The notes below the pieces were generated by a model. The model made no database searches. It was not told the DNA's origin and saw only the letters and a program-made list of their open reading frames with translations. A DNA stretch of 64,000 bases from positions 62,001-126,000 of the forward strand of contig MU005995.1 in the NCBI GenBank assembly GCA_010093745.1, read 5' to 3'. Of this stretch, positions 44,069 through 56,400 are shown in pieces. Position numbers and translations under genes: made by a program. The stretch's first letter is position 1, and every line of letters begins with the position of its first letter. This DNA comes from Piedraia hortae CBS 480.64. Lineage: Eukaryota.

Positions 44069-45250
44069 CTATACGGTCGCAGGACATTCCCGTAGCTCCT
44101 CACTCAACATCCGTGCCGTAGCATTCATGATACCCGTTGTTGGATGTAGCCAGTCAAGCCAGAGAAATTCATCTACCGGTGCTTTGCAACCGTCCTTCCA
44201 CTCATCCGGTGAACTTGTGCCCTTCTCGTACAGCGGACAGAAGCCATCAAATATCTTCAGCTTACACGTCTCCGGAAATGTACATGGGTCCTGAAAGACT
44301 TTCTCCCAGAGGGCATGAACGTCGAATATGTGGATCCAGGCATCGCTGTGCAGTGCAACGAGGTGTCTCGCCAGCGACAAAATTCCATCGTTCGCGTAGT
44401 GCTTCAGACTGTTGATCTTGCTCTCGCTTCCTGCATAGTACTCAGCAAGCGGGCTCTTGTCGACCGGCGGGACGGTGAAGAAAAGGAAGTTGCGTGCCCC
44501 GGCCGTGTAGAGTTCCCCTACTACTCCAGCGTACGCGGCCAGCGCGTTCATCAGCACTTTTGCCCCGCTAGGGTGGTGTAACGTCCCGATGACGTCATTG
44601 ATACCGATCCAGATAGCAAAGAGGGTTGTGTTGGGGTCCCAGTCCATTTTTCTATGGCTGCCGGTAAAGTGTGGGATGAAGTAGTCTTCGGTTTGATTGC
44701 GTAAGGAGAGGATGGTGGGAGAGAACGGTGGGATTATGTCCCCGTCGACCACTGCGCCGCCCGAGGCGACATCTATCGCCTTGATGACGGATGCATTGTA
44801 GTTAACAACGAAGTAAGACGTCCATGTCGGTCCGTTGACGGCTGTGAGGCCTGGATATGGCGGGTTCCCGAGTGGATTGTCGTCACTCGGCAGAGGTCCG
44901 GCGATATCGTACCCCGTGCTGGAGTAGCTGTCGCCGAGGATGAACATGGTCCGCAGCCCTTTGAGGCCCGGCCAGTGAGCTCCTTTCGAGAAGCGACCGC
45001 ATGTTATGCGCGATGATGCGTCCACTCTCTCATACTCGCCCGTCGTCGCTAGGCGGGCGGCGACGAAGGTGAAAGCGCCCGCGACGGTTACTGCCAGGAG
45101 CAGCATGACGCTCCGCGGCAGTCCCGTTCGCGCTCCGTGCCATCTGATGCCCGCCAAGCTCAAGCCGAGGACAACCGCAAAAAGACATATTACCCATATC
45201 CAGTCCATGGTGAAGGATTGTGGCGCTGACCGTTTTGAAATCCTCGCCAT
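44069..45250 (-). CDS. SGNH/GDSL hydrolase (carbohydrate esterase family 16-like acetylesterase) with two N-terminal TM segments
   Basis: ILGDSYS, NPLGNPPYPG, ASGGAVVD, LFAIWIGIND, LYTAGARNFLF and FLWLDWLHPT (DxxH). Start is at 45250 or the next ATG. Confidence 0.88.
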   Translation of the reverse strand: MARISKRSAPQSFTMDWIWVICLFAVVLGLSLAGIRWHGARTGLPRSVMLLLAVTVAGAFTFVAARLATTGEYERVDASSRITCGRFSKGAHWPGLKGLRTMFILGDSYSSTGYDIAGPLPSDDNPLGNPPYPGLTAVNGPTWTSYFVVNYNASVIKAIDVASGGAVVDGDIIPPFSPTILSLRNQTEDYFIPHFTGSHRKMDWDPNTTLFAIWIGINDVIGTLHHPSGAKVLMNALAAYAGVVGELYTAGARNFLFFTVPPVDKSPLAEYYAGSESKINSLKHYANDGILSLARHLVALHSDAWIHIFDVHALWEKVFQDPCTFPETCKLKIFDGFCPLYEKGTSSPDEWKDGCKAPVDEFLWLDWLHPTTGIMNATARMLSEELRECPATV

Positions 45251-45311
45251 CTTGCTGTACCCTGACCTCTCAGCACTAGAAGATTGCCACTGACGTGAAA
45301 TTAAGACGATA

Positions 45312-46550
45312 CTATACAATAACCCTCCTCAACCCCCTCGTACCACCCAGTACCCTCCTTCCCGTGACTGCATCCCTCCCCTTCCCAGAATCCCACTTCT
45401 CATCCCCCCAACCCTCCTCACCCATCTCCTGCCTCGGATGATTGCCCTCAACCCACATATAGATACACTTATAGCAGTAGACATGTCCCGACTGTGCCGC
45501 CGTCGGTGCCGTAATCACACCCAAACAGATCGGACAAGAACCGCCCCCCTCCACCACCGCAACCGTCAAGATCCGAACGCCCTCCAAATTCCTCACCTCT
45601 TTTCCAGCATCGTCCCCCTTCTCAGCACCATTCCCCCTCCCAACGTCATCCCTCTTCCCACCCCCCTCGACCCTCCCCACCGGCGGCGGCAGTTCCAACC
45701 CCTCATTAACCTTCTTAGACAGCACCCTCGCAAAGTCACTCGCATGCCACCACTCGAGGAACTTCAACAAGAAAATCGCCGTAGGCAGCAAAACCTTCAA
45801 CCCCCCCGCCACAGCACCCGCCATAACCCTGGGGGTAAGCAAACTCCTTCCCTCCCCGGGTGTGAATCCCTTTCCCTTCCCCAACGTCTCCACCGCCGGA
45901 GGCGCCTCCGCCACCCCCCTCCTCAGCCTCAGCCCCGCGATCCATAATCCCGGAGAGGCATACCTCCCCCCAAACAGATAGCTCATCTGAAAGACAAGTT
46001 TACTCGCAAACCAGGCCATATTCACAGAAGGATACAGCCTCCTCAAAAACAGCTTATAAACCCACAGAAACTTCTGTTTCCCCGTCCCTTCGGAGGGGTA
46101 TTCCTCATCCGTCCTAACCAGCCGGGCTGAAGGCGAAGCGTGGATCTCCCAACTCTCGTCTAGTTTGCGTTTCAGATACGGTGCGAAGACCTCCGCGAGG
46201 AGGGAGAGCTGGATGTCGCGCTTACGCAGACGTAATGCGCGCGGGAGGTCTGAAGTTTGGGCTGCGCCCGCTCGTGGGATGGGGAATACGGAGGGGAGTT
46301 TTTCGCGTTGGAGGCCGTAGAAGTTTTCGACAAAGGTTGAGTTTTCGGTTCGGAGGAAGTGAGTCTCGATTGCGAGGGAGAGGATGAGGTACAGCTCGTC
46401 GAAGTTGTTGAGGATGCGGAGGAGGCAGCGTGGGTGGCGATGGGTTAGGACGGCGAGGATGTAGCGGAGGGAGGGTGGGATGAGGGAGGAGAGTTGCCAG
46501 GCGGAGAGGGGCTCGAAGATGGAGGGGGTGGTGTCGTCTGGAGGGTCCAT
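45312..46550 (-). CDS. PEX12: Peroxin 12
   Basis: PSIFE...LSSLIPPSLRYIL, FVENFYGLQRE, LLPTAIFLLKFLEWWHASDF, LPPP and the degenerate RING CPIC...GHVYCYKCI. Confidence 0.93.
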   Translation of the reverse strand: MDPPDDTTPSIFEPLSAWQLSSLIPPSLRYILAVLTHRHPRCLLRILNNFDELYLILSLAIETHFLRTENSTFVENFYGLQREKLPSVFPIPRAGAAQTSDLPRALRLRKRDIQLSLLAEVFAPYLKRKLDESWEIHASPSARLVRTDEEYPSEGTGKQKFLWVYKLFLRRLYPSVNMAWFASKLVFQMSYLFGGRYASPGLWIAGLRLRRGVAEAPPAVETLGKGKGFTPGEGRSLLTPRVMAGAVAGGLKVLLPTAIFLLKFLEWWHASDFARVLSKKVNEGLELPPPVGRVEGGGKRDDVGRGNGAEKGDDAGKEVRNLEGVRILTVAVVEGGGSCPICLGVITAPTAAQSGHVYCYKCIYMWVEGNHPRQEMGEEGWGDEKWDSGKGRDAVTGRRVLGGTRGLRRVIV

Positions 46551-46687
46551 GGCGGTTCCGAGGGGTGGGGGTAGGTTTGGTATTTGGATGTTATGTGCTG
46601 GGTTGTTTTTTGTTCTGTGACGCTTTCGCTGGTTTCGCTGTCTTGCGGGTTTGTCGTAAGCCGAGGTTCAATCAACTGCGCGCCAAA

Positions 46688-47053
46688 ATGGACGGCGAAT
46701 CGTTCGAACACCAACGCGCCCTGCTCTTAGAGGATGTCGCGCGCGTACGTGAACTCTGATCTCTTTGTTGGGGATGGATTGGTTGATGGGAACAGAGCAT
46801 GGACAATGTTCTCCAGAATCTGAATAAACTCAACCTGTCGCTTGAGGGGATTATTGCTGTATGGGATTCTAGAATCTACTAAATTTGAGGTAAGGCTGAT
46901 AAGAGCCAGGTAGGGAACGAATTCGGGCAGGTAGAGAGTCTCTGGTCGCAGTTTGAAAGTGTCATGGCGGAAAGGGAACAAGATCAGAATGGGGAGGGCA
47001 GTGGGGAGCAGGAGCAAGAGCAAAAGGGAGGTGGAGAGAAGGACGATCAATGA
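46688..47053 (+). CDS. DAD1: DASH/Dam1 kinetochore complex subunit Dad1 (three exons, missed by the ORF track)
   Basis: Exons 46688-46744, 46796-46858 and 46910-47053 give [59 protein letters not shown]. Confidence 0.92.
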
Positions 47054-47345
47054 TAAGTTCTCCAGTCGGAGTTTCACGGTGTCTTTGCTATTCTGCTGCT
47101 TCAATGCAGCCTGGGCAAGCTAATGCCGTAAGATAGATTTGATGATTATGGAACGAACTGCAAAGCAATATAAAAGCCTGGGAAGCTCTTCGACGAATTA
47201 GTATGACGGATGAGCAGCTAATGACTCTTCTGCTTCCGCTTATGGTTTGTCAACCGAGCTGACCAATTTTTGTCGTTTGATTGTGCGGGCGCGGCCCGGC
47301 CCAGTGGGAGAAGACGTCGGGCCATACACATAGGTGGACCAGACA

Positions 47346-48545
47346 ATGCCCGTCTACATTGCAGCTCAGGCGGCGTTTGAAGGCCTCGACTCGATCCCAC
47401 ACATTTGGACAGCCCTCAGGGCCTTGCCCTACCTGCTGGGGCTTTTCCTACTCAAACGCTTCTTCTCCGGCGCGCGAAACACGAGCGAGCGCAACTTTCA
47501 TGGCAAAGTTGTCCTTGTAACGGGCGGGACGGGTGGAGTAGGACAGGCCGTGGTGCACGCGCTGGCATCTCGCGGGGCCCAAGTCGTTGTACTCACCCAA
47601 CATGCTCTCTCCGACCCCTTCCTGGTCGACTTCATTGACGACATGCGGCAAGACACCAACAACCACCTCGTCTCGGCCGAGCAGGTTGATCTCGCAAGCC
47701 TGCACAGCATCCGCACGTTTGCAACAAAGTGGATCGACAACAGCCCCGTACGACGACTGGACATGGTTGTTTTGTGCGGGAATGCAGACTCTGGCCGGGT
47801 GGAGAGCACAGCAGAAGGCATAGAACGGACGTGGCAAGTTAATTACCTTGCAAATTTTCACTTGCTTTCCATCCTGAGCCCAGCTCTGAGGGCCCAGCCG
47901 CCAGACAGAGACGTCAGGATTATATTCGCAACCTGTAGCAGCTACATGGGCGGCGATCTGAGCACTGTTGTTGGTCCCGACAAGTCAAAAGCTTCAGCTG
48001 CGTCGGCGTATGCCACGGCCAAACTCGCCCTCACGACTTTTGCGTTGGCATTCCAGAAGCATCTCGCGTCGCAGAAAAGGGGAGACGAGGTTCCCGTCTT
48101 TCCACATGTGCTGCTCGTCGATCCCGGCGTTTGCAGAACGCCGGGTACGAGGAGGTACATTACCCGTGGATCATTGCTGGGACTGTTGCTCTATCTCGTC
48201 TTTTATCCCCTTGTGTGGCTTGTGCTTAAGTCACCAGCCATGGGGGCCGAGTCGTTCCTGTATGCGGCTATGCATGAGCAGTTTAGCCGTGGTGAAGGCG
48301 GGTGGTTAATAAAAGAGTGCCGGCCCCGAGACTTCTTGAGGAAAGAAGTCAAAGACGAAAAGTTGCAAGAGTCTCTGTGGAAGGCCAGTGAAGAAATGAT
48401 TGTCGAAGGAGAGCGTAGGGGTCAGGCTGCAAGGGCCAAAGAGAAGCAAAATGCAGAGAAGCAAAGTGCGGGGAAGCAGAGTACGGAGAAGAAAATAAAT
48501 AAGCAGCAAAAGAAGAGTAGTAAGCAAGGCGCACGAGGAAAATGA
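47346..48545 (+). CDS. Short-chain dehydrogenase/reductase, YNL181W/Pbr1-like
   Basis: ERNFHGKVVLVTGGTGGVG, DLASLHSIRTFATKWIDNSPVRRLD, VNYLANFHLLSILSPALRAQPPDRDVRI and YxxxK (YATAK). Confidence 0.88.
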   Translation: MPVYIAAQAAFEGLDSIPHIWTALRALPYLLGLFLLKRFFSGARNTSERNFHGKVVLVTGGTGGVGQAVVHALASRGAQVVVLTQHALSDPFLVDFIDDMRQDTNNHLVSAEQVDLASLHSIRTFATKWIDNSPVRRLDMVVLCGNADSGRVESTAEGIERTWQVNYLANFHLLSILSPALRAQPPDRDVRIIFATCSSYMGGDLSTVVGPDKSKASAASAYATAKLALTTFALAFQKHLASQKRGDEVPVFPHVLLVDPGVCRTPGTRRYITRGSLLGLLLYLVFYPLVWLVLKSPAMGAESFLYAAMHEQFSRGEGGWLIKECRPRDFLRKEVKDEKLQESLWKASEEMIVEGERRGQAARAKEKQNAEKQSAGKQSTEKKINKQQKKSSKQGARGK

Positions 48546-48618
48546 CTGATGTTATATCCTCCGCCTATGTTCCCCCGCTTCTGCATCCCCCACAAAGACA
48601 AGAGCAAAAGCAACCACC

Positions 48619-49701
48619 ATGGATGTTCGCCTAATCCCCGCGACGCCAGAGCAGGTAGAACGGTTGATTCGTGCTAACAGCGTCGAGTGGAGAGGTCCGC
48701 TGTCCGAGGATAGTTACCTGGAGCGGGAAAAGCTCCTTCTAGACCAAGAACTGACCCGCAACGGAGGCCTCTCGCACTGGGCATTGGTTGCAGACAAGGA
48801 CAATCTGCTGTGCGGCTGTGAGACCACTAAGAAACCGGCACTGGTCGGGCAGGATGGGAACGTTAACGATGCAACTTGCCTTGGCGTGGGCAGCGTTTTC
48901 TGCCTTACCGAGAATCGAGGCCGCGGCTATGCAACCACCATGATGACCAAATTGGCTGCAGAGCTTAGCAAACAGGGCGCCTTCAGCATCCTCCATTCGG
49001 ATGTTGGAAAGGAATTCTATGCTCGGGCCGGGTGGAAACCATACGAAGCAACCCACGTATCGTCGGCGGCGGTGCCTAGAGCTCGCCGTGTGGCTTCGGT
49101 CAAACGCCTGTACGACGCTGATTTGAAAGATCTTTGCGCCAAAGATGTGCAGCGTGTGCGTGAGCGTGTTCAACAAGAGTCGCTCAAACGATCCACGGTC
49201 GCGATGGCACCTACACAAGCCACCTTTGCTTGGCACCATGCCAGGGAGGATTATATAGGCAGAGAGCTAGATATCGCCCCCATGGCCGGCGGCAGAGGCG
49301 CGTTGGTCCCTGTGGCGGGGGGTCAAGCCACCGCCTGGTGCATTTGGACCCGTGTGTGGCCCGACAAGGGTCAAGATACGCTGCACATCCTACGTCTGGT
49401 CATTGACGACGACAGATACACCGATTACGATCTGTACTCGGAGTTATCCACGGTCCAGCCGAAGCCGGAGCATGTCCAAGCCATTGTGGATCTGCTCGGC
49501 ACGGCTCAAGAAGAGGCGTTTGCGGCCAAAATGGACTGTGTTGAACTGTGGAACCCGAGCACGACTGCCATGGCAGCTGTCCAAAAGCTCCATCCCCTAG
49601 CGCCGCTGACGCATCGGCAGACTAGTAACATTCCCTGTCTGAACTGGTTTGGGAAAGGGGAGGTGAAGTGGATTTGCAACGAAAGGTACGCGTGGTGTTA
49701 G
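48619..49701 (+). CDS. GNAT acetyltransferase, Lyc1-like
   Basis: WRGPLSEDSYLERE, LLCGCET, acetyl-CoA motif GVGSVFCLTENRGRGYA, SILHSDVGKEFYARAGW and C-terminal WICNERYAWC. Confidence 0.83.
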   Translation: MDVRLIPATPEQVERLIRANSVEWRGPLSEDSYLEREKLLLDQELTRNGGLSHWALVADKDNLLCGCETTKKPALVGQDGNVNDATCLGVGSVFCLTENRGRGYATTMMTKLAAELSKQGAFSILHSDVGKEFYARAGWKPYEATHVSSAAVPRARRVASVKRLYDADLKDLCAKDVQRVRERVQQESLKRSTVAMAPTQATFAWHHAREDYIGRELDIAPMAGGRGALVPVAGGQATAWCIWTRVWPDKGQDTLHILRLVIDDDRYTDYDLYSELSTVQPKPEHVQAIVDLLGTAQEEAFAAKMDCVELWNPSTTAMAAVQKLHPLAPLTHRQTSNIPCLNWFGKGEVKWICNERYAWC

Positions 49702-49921
49702 GAGACGCATCTAGATGGAACTTTTGTAGTATACATCCAGCAAGAAGCCTTTTGCGTGCCCATTATTTGTCTTCGTAGGGCGAATGTTTGTTGAGAGCTG
49801 AAGTTGGATGAGGGGTAGCTGTCCCAGCCGTCACATGTCACGTCACCTTGCCAAGCCCCAAGACGACGTCGCCCCCACCGCGACAGACACGGGCTGGCGG
49901 ACTCTTGCCAGGCCAAGCAAG

Positions 49922-52900
49922 ATGCACGACGACGCAGCGATCCAGGACATTCAGCGCAAGATCGAGCGCGAAAAGGCCATCATCAATGCCGCCACGCAGA
50001 TGGCCAGGGCCACCAACAATGCCGCCGTGAATGCCCGTGTCGACTCCAGCATCCGCGATGCGCGCCGGAATATCCAGTACTTTGAGCAGACGCTGGGTGA
50101 TCTGCAGGCGCGGCGTGTCGGTGGCGACCTTGCCGGCCTTAGCCTCCGCTCCGGCTCCGCTGCTGGTTCTGCCCCTCCCACGCCGCGTCATGGCGGGTCT
50201 GGCAGCGGCTCCAACAACCAGCTCGGCCACGGCGGAGGATCTGGCGACTACGGGGATGCGGGCCCTGGCGGCTACGCTCTCGGTGGCCGTGGTGTGATGC
50301 CGCCCAATGCGCCATATGCGCCGCCGGGCCCTGACGGACGTTCGCGCGACAGGCCGCACTATAGCAAGCTGGACCTCATCAAGGACGACACGCCTCACCT
50401 GGGCCCACGCATCCAGCTGATGCTGTCCCAGCTACAGTTCAAGCTCAGCGTCGAGCGCCAATACAAGGATGGCATCGAGAAGATGGTACGGTTGTACCAG
50501 ATGGAGGGCGATCGCAAGAGCAAGGCCGATGCCGAGGGTAGGCGTGTAGAGTCGAATCAGAAGATGCAGCTGCTTACGCGAGCCCTGCGGCGGTATGAGG
50601 ACCTGCACATAGATGTAGAGGGTGGGCCAGAAGGCGACGACGACGGGCTTGACACGCCGACACAGCGAAAGCCGCTAACAGGCCACCTGTCGGTGCGCGT
50701 ACATGCTGTTGCTGACGTCGAGCATGCATCTTACAGCCGGCTCGCACGAGGGCCGGAGACGTTTGTGGTGATGAAGGTAGAGGACACGTTCAAGGGTCGG
50801 ACGAAAGCAACGCGGACGGGGCGATGGACGGATGAGGTGCATGATTTCGATGTCGACAAAGCCAACGAGATCGAATTCGTAGTCTATGACAAGTCGAACG
50901 ACCAGCCAACGCCGATCGGCCTGCTCTGGATCCGCCTGTCGGACCTCGTGGACGAAATTCGACGAAAGCGCGTAGAGAACGAGTTCAACCAGGCTGGGTG
51001 GATGACAGCCGATAAGATGGAGGAGCCGCGGCCTGAGTTCCAGCCACCACCGGGGTCGTCGGGGGCGGCGTCTGGCGGAAGTACAGCAGCGGCAGCCGGG
51101 GGTCCGCAGGGCTCCGGGCTGCAAGTTCAGACGGCGCCCATCAGTATTGATGCCTGGTTCTCCCTTGAACCTGTCGGTCGCATCCATCTGACGCTTGGTT
51201 TCGTGAAGCAGAACAAGGATCGAAGGCCGTTTGTGGACGGACTGAACCGTATGGGCGCAGTGAGACAGAAGAAGGAGAACGTGGTAGAGCAATACGGCCA
51301 CAAGTTCACGGTACAGACGTTTTACAATATCATGCGCTGTGCGCTGTGCGGCGATTTCTTGAAATATACGGCAGGCATGCAGTGCGCCGACTGCAAATAC
51401 ACCTGCCATAAGAACTGCTTCCGCAAGGTGGTGACAAAGTGCATCAGCAAGTCCAATGCCGAGACAGACCCCGACGAAGAGAAGATCAACCACCGCATTC
51501 CCCACCGCTTCGAGCCCTTTTCAAACATGGGAGCGAATTGGTGTTGCCACTGCGGTTATATGCTGCCGCTGGGAAAGAAGCAATCTCGGCGGTGTACAGA
51601 GTGCAAGCTCACCTGCCATGCCAGCTGCACCCATTTTATCCCAGACTTTTGCGGAATGTCCATGGAGAGCGCAAATCAGATTCTGCTGCGGATCAAGGAA
51701 ACCCGTGGCCGCATGGGAGATGCAATGAGGCCACCTCCATCTCCCGCTCCGGCATATCGGAGGGAAACCACATCAGAAGACTCCAAGGCCACCAGTCGGT
51801 ACTCGTATCCGCCCGAGGCTGAAGGCGGCCCGCCACCCAGGACGTCCCATGGAGCGCCCTCACATCCCATCGATGCGGCGAGAATTTCCATGGGTGTCCC
51901 CTCTTCTCCAGAGAGTCCAAGTAGACCGGCGACCGCTGGACGGGCACAGTCTTCGCATACGGCTGCCATGGCTGCACAAGCGGCCATCAAAGGCCAGCCA
52001 GAGCGGCCCGTCAGTCACCGCGGTTCCACTGAAACCCGTGGGTACCGAACAGAAGAGTATGAGGGTTACCGTCCACCTTCCCAGTCCAAGCCGTACCAGG
52101 CTCAAGCGTATAACCCCGGCGCTTACGCGAATGTGAGCAAATATTCTGCCCTTCCCCCATATCCGTCTTCGGCTTCAGCTGGAAAGCCGCCGTCATACCA
52201 AGCCCATCCACCTCCGGCTTCAGCCGCAGCTGCCAGAGTTCCTCCCTCTGTGCCAGTTGTACAACCTCCATCGTCGGCATTAGAAGAACGCAAAGCTCCG
52301 CCAGTGGTGCCCCCTAGCTCTGGACGACGAATCGGGCTGGACCATTTCAACTTCCTCGCAGTTCTCGGCAAAGGCAACTTTGGCAAGGTGATGCTCGCCG
52401 AGACGAAATCGACCAAGCAGCTGTACGCCATTAAAGTGCTGAAGAAAGAATTCATCATCGAAAACGACGAAGTCGAGTCCACGCGGTCTGAGAAGCGCGT
52501 CTTCCTCATCGCCAACAAAGAACGCCATCCCTTCCTCATCAATCTACACGCCTGTTTCCAAACGGAGACGCGCATATACTTCGTCATGGAGTACATCGCC
52601 GGCGGTGACTTGATGCTACACATTCAGCGTGGCATGTTTGGCACCAAACGCGCCCAATTCTACGCTGCCGAAGTCTGCCTAGCGCTCAAATACTTCCACG
52701 AAAACGGCGTGATATACCGCGATCTCAAACTCGACAACATCATGCTCACCCTGGATGGGCACATCAAAATCGCCGACTACGGTCTCTGCAAGGAGGACAT
52801 GTGGTACGGCAGCACAACCTCCACCTTCTGCGGTACTCCCGAATTCATGGCTCCTGAAATCCTCCTCGACAAGAAATACGGCCGTGCAGTCGACTGGTGG

Positions 52901-53401
52901 GCATTCGGCGTCCTCATCTACCAGATGCTTCTCCAACAATCCCCCTTCCGCGGCGAAGATGAAGACGAAATCTACGATGCAATCCTCGCCGACGAGCCTC
53001 TCTACCCAATCCACATGCCACGCGACTCCGTCTCCATCCTACAGAAGCTCCTCACCCGCGAGCCAGAAATGCGCCTCGGAAGCGGCCCAACCGACGCACA
53101 AGAAATCATGTCCCATGCATTTTTCCGAAACGTAAACTGGGATGATATTTACCATAAACGCGTCCCTGTACCGTTTGTCCCGCAGGTCAAGTCTCGCGCG
53201 GATACGAGTAATTTCGACCCAGAGTTTACTAGTGTCACGCCCGTGTTGACGCCCGTGCAGTCTGGTAAGTTTTCGCGGTCTCTGTACATCCTTATGGGTG
53301 GTATGTGATTTATATATGGATTTGCTGACTGTTTTGTAGTCCTCTCACCAGAATCCCAGGAAAAGTTCCGTGGGTTTACGTATGCTGCGGATTTTGCATA
53401 G
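49922..53401 (+). CDS. PKC1: Protein kinase C
   Basis: Two HR1 domains, C2, pseudosubstrate RMGAVRQKK, two C1 domains and the kinase domain ([28 protein letters not shown]). Intron 53265-53339 precedes the final exon with hydrophobic motif FRGFTY. Confidence 0.98.
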
Positions 53402-56400
53402 CGTTTTCTTGGAAGAAATCCGGGGGAGAGAGAGAAGTTGATGCCCCCGCCGCCGATCCGTTTTATTTGTTTTTTTTTTTTTGTTGCTGTATCGAGCTGT
53501 AATGAGAGATGTGTCTGTCATGATAATTACCCTTTTTTTTTTTTTGCTGTGCTGCTGTCTTGGTACGGATGGGTGGTGTCAGGGTACTACGGTTTTGGTA
53601 GGAAGGACTGCTGATGGTGGTTGCTTACGCCCTGGATAGATTTTCAACCAGATAATCTGTTCGATGCTGGCATGGATATCTGGGTTGTGGCAACCACATA
53701 CCTGTGTGGTAGGAAAAGTGGGTATTTTCCCTTTCAGCTCACTGATACGAGGAACCTCAAACTTGACTTTTAGATGTATCCTCATGGATTAGCCATTCGT
53801 TCAAATTCTCATATCTACGTAAACGCCGAACAGTCTGCTCGAGGAGTAACAATCTCACCTGGAGCAATGATGCGGATCACGGCATATTCTATTCTACCTG
53901 TTATGTGTGGATGAATGAAGATTTAAAGTCCTGGTCCCCTTACCGAGATATCTGCAGGCATATATTGGTCGAATGCCTAATGGCCGGGACGTGAGATAAA
54001 TGAAGGGCGTTACATGAAGTAGCTGATTCCTATCCAACGTTCTACCTGGGAATAGCATGGGGATTGTTGGGTAAAATCTACACTTTGTTTTGAGATGTTG
54101 ATTCCTTTTTTGAAGTTTAGCATGAACTGCTGGGTGCTATATACAACTGTAGGAAGCGTTGTTATGCACTATGACGACGAGGTGCAGTATCGTCTCAACG
54201 AATAAGTTGTAGGGAAGATCCATATCATAGGCAATAGCAATCACTCCTTACTACTACCATAAAACGTACCAACTATCGAAGCGTGTACACGCATCTCAGA
54301 TACCTTTGCCGTCCATCACAAACTCTTCACATCTCGACGAGACAATGCCTTCATAGTGGAGTACTCTATGGCATCTCCCTATCCTGTTGGTCCCATGGAC
54401 TTTGCAATCCCAGTGCCGATATAGCCTCGAAAACTGACTACTTCCATCCCGCTCCTCCGATAGTCGTGCTGAAATATCCTCCACAAAGGCTGTAAACGTT
54501 ATGGTTAGGCCAATATTCTTTGCCTGATATCAGGTCTTGATCTGACCCAAGTCGGCATCATACTGGGAGCTAGGGACGCGCAGCCAGTCCCTTCTGGCCA
54601 GATATATCGGGCCAGCGGTGATTTCTTCCCGATACGGGTTGCCAAGTTCTTTTAGGGAGCCGTTAAGCCATTCCTGGAAGTCAGCTACCACGTCATGACC
54701 TTCACGAGGCACAACATGTTGACAGCGCAACGTCCTCTTGACTGCGATGGCTCACTGTGCTCTGTACGCGACTGTTGCCGCAGGTTGACGTGGACGTCCT
54801 CGACTGAGGCTCTGGAGTCGTCCACATCTCTTAAATCGATTGATTGCCATCTTGCACAGAATCCCGAGATGTTCCCTTGGGTCCTGGTTTTGCACCTCCA
54901 GTTTCAGAGGCAGAACCATACGTTTCATGTTCTTGACTGGCCAGATGTATCATGTCGTGGATGAGGTCGGACTCGGGGTCTGCACTGTTTATGCATAAGA
55001 TTCTTTGCAGCAGAGCCGGCCTTCAGGATGTGACGTGGCCAATGCTGTAAAAATGGTAAGTCACATACGGCCACCGGGCTAGCTACAAACGCAGGATTTT
55101 GGGTATTAATTGCCTATTAGCACCACCCGCTTGTAAGCAATATCTGGATATTGCTCCCAAACGAGGGACAGATGGTGCACCCCCCCCCCCCCCCCCTCCC
55201 CCTTAAAGCAACCACCCAGATCCCAACATCACACTTTCCCCACTTCGAGCTCGTCAAGCACGTTTACTTCTAGTTGCCGTGGAAATCAAAGATGGCAAGG
55301 ACGTTCTGGGACAGTTATCCCTTACGGTTTCGCCATTGCGCTTCTTCTTCTGTCGAGATATGAATCTATAAGCTGTAAACTAAGTCTCCGTCCTGACAGT
55401 CTTGCTCAGGATAAGTCGAAGGACGTCGCCGTTCAGCTTAAGTTTCAATTTTTGATGTGTGGTGTCTTTTATGTCGGCCTGAAGCTGGATTTGGAGGGTC
55501 GATTCAATGCAAGATGCACGATAGCATAATAATAGGCCGCTGCTCCCTTTTCGTGGACGTTTGGCATTTGCCCGATAGTGAGTTTAAGGAAAGTCGGGAT
55601 AGGAATTGTTCTGGTCTTCGTGCAGGCGTTTGGTCTTCATCCACCTCGTTCGGGTACGGCCTTGCGACGGTGTACTCGTTCCACCACCTCTTGTTTGCAT
55701 CGAGGACCCTCAGAGCATGAAACGATTCATCTGACATCGTTTTGCGATAGTCAGTCCTTACTCTCTTGGCCTTCAAGTCTTCGACATCCAGACCACAGCC
55801 ACCCCAGTGGTCGAATGGGCGGGTATCCAACTTGTCTGCAAAAAATGCACCACAGGTAGCATGCAATCCAAATTTTCCATGTCGTAAGTGCTGGTTCCCT
55901 GGAATAGTACAGGCCGTGGTAGGTAGCGCCTTGAAGTTATCGAACTGCTCGTTTCAGGTCTCTGTATGGGCCAACTGAGAGACCCGATGATCATCGGCCC
56001 ACACTGACGACGCATAGCTTAGGTCAGGTATGGCAGTGCAGGCGGCAGTCTCCTGGAATTTTTGCGTACTCGGCACAGATGTCTCCCCTTCTTGCGAAAC
56101 CGCGTGACACGCTCGGTTCGGTCACACATACTTAAAGTGGGTGGGACCCAGCTTAGATCAAGGGAATGCTTCGATATGTAGGTATACGGCCTTTTCCTTT
56201 CTGCCCACTGTAGTACGTCAGTGCACAGATAGATGTTCTAGTCGTCAACCACAGGAAATTGGAACCGTTCCACATTCGACTGCAGCTTTTCGGGGTGTGC
56301 GAGCGCTCCCGAAGGTGGCAATGCGCGCCATGGGCTATGAAGTTCTAAATCTCTCAGTCATACTGTAAAAGCTGCATAGTTCACGGCGTTGGTGTATGGG

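Noticed and set aside
41438..45250. Secondary-metabolite cluster (DUF1772-like, MFS, esterase)
   Set aside because: No PKS, NRPS, terpene synthase or pathway regulator nearby; U3 sits in the middle and housekeeping genes flank it.
50675..51505. Long antisense ORFs over PKC1, and similar ones over THR4, taspase, URB1 and IML1
   Set aside because: Expected shadows of codon bias in GC-rich coding DNA; no independent motifs.
55980..56110. AATTTTTG Sm-site-like motif suggesting a spliceosomal snRNA
   Set aside because: None of the U1, U2, U4 or U5 conserved sequence elements is recognisable around it.
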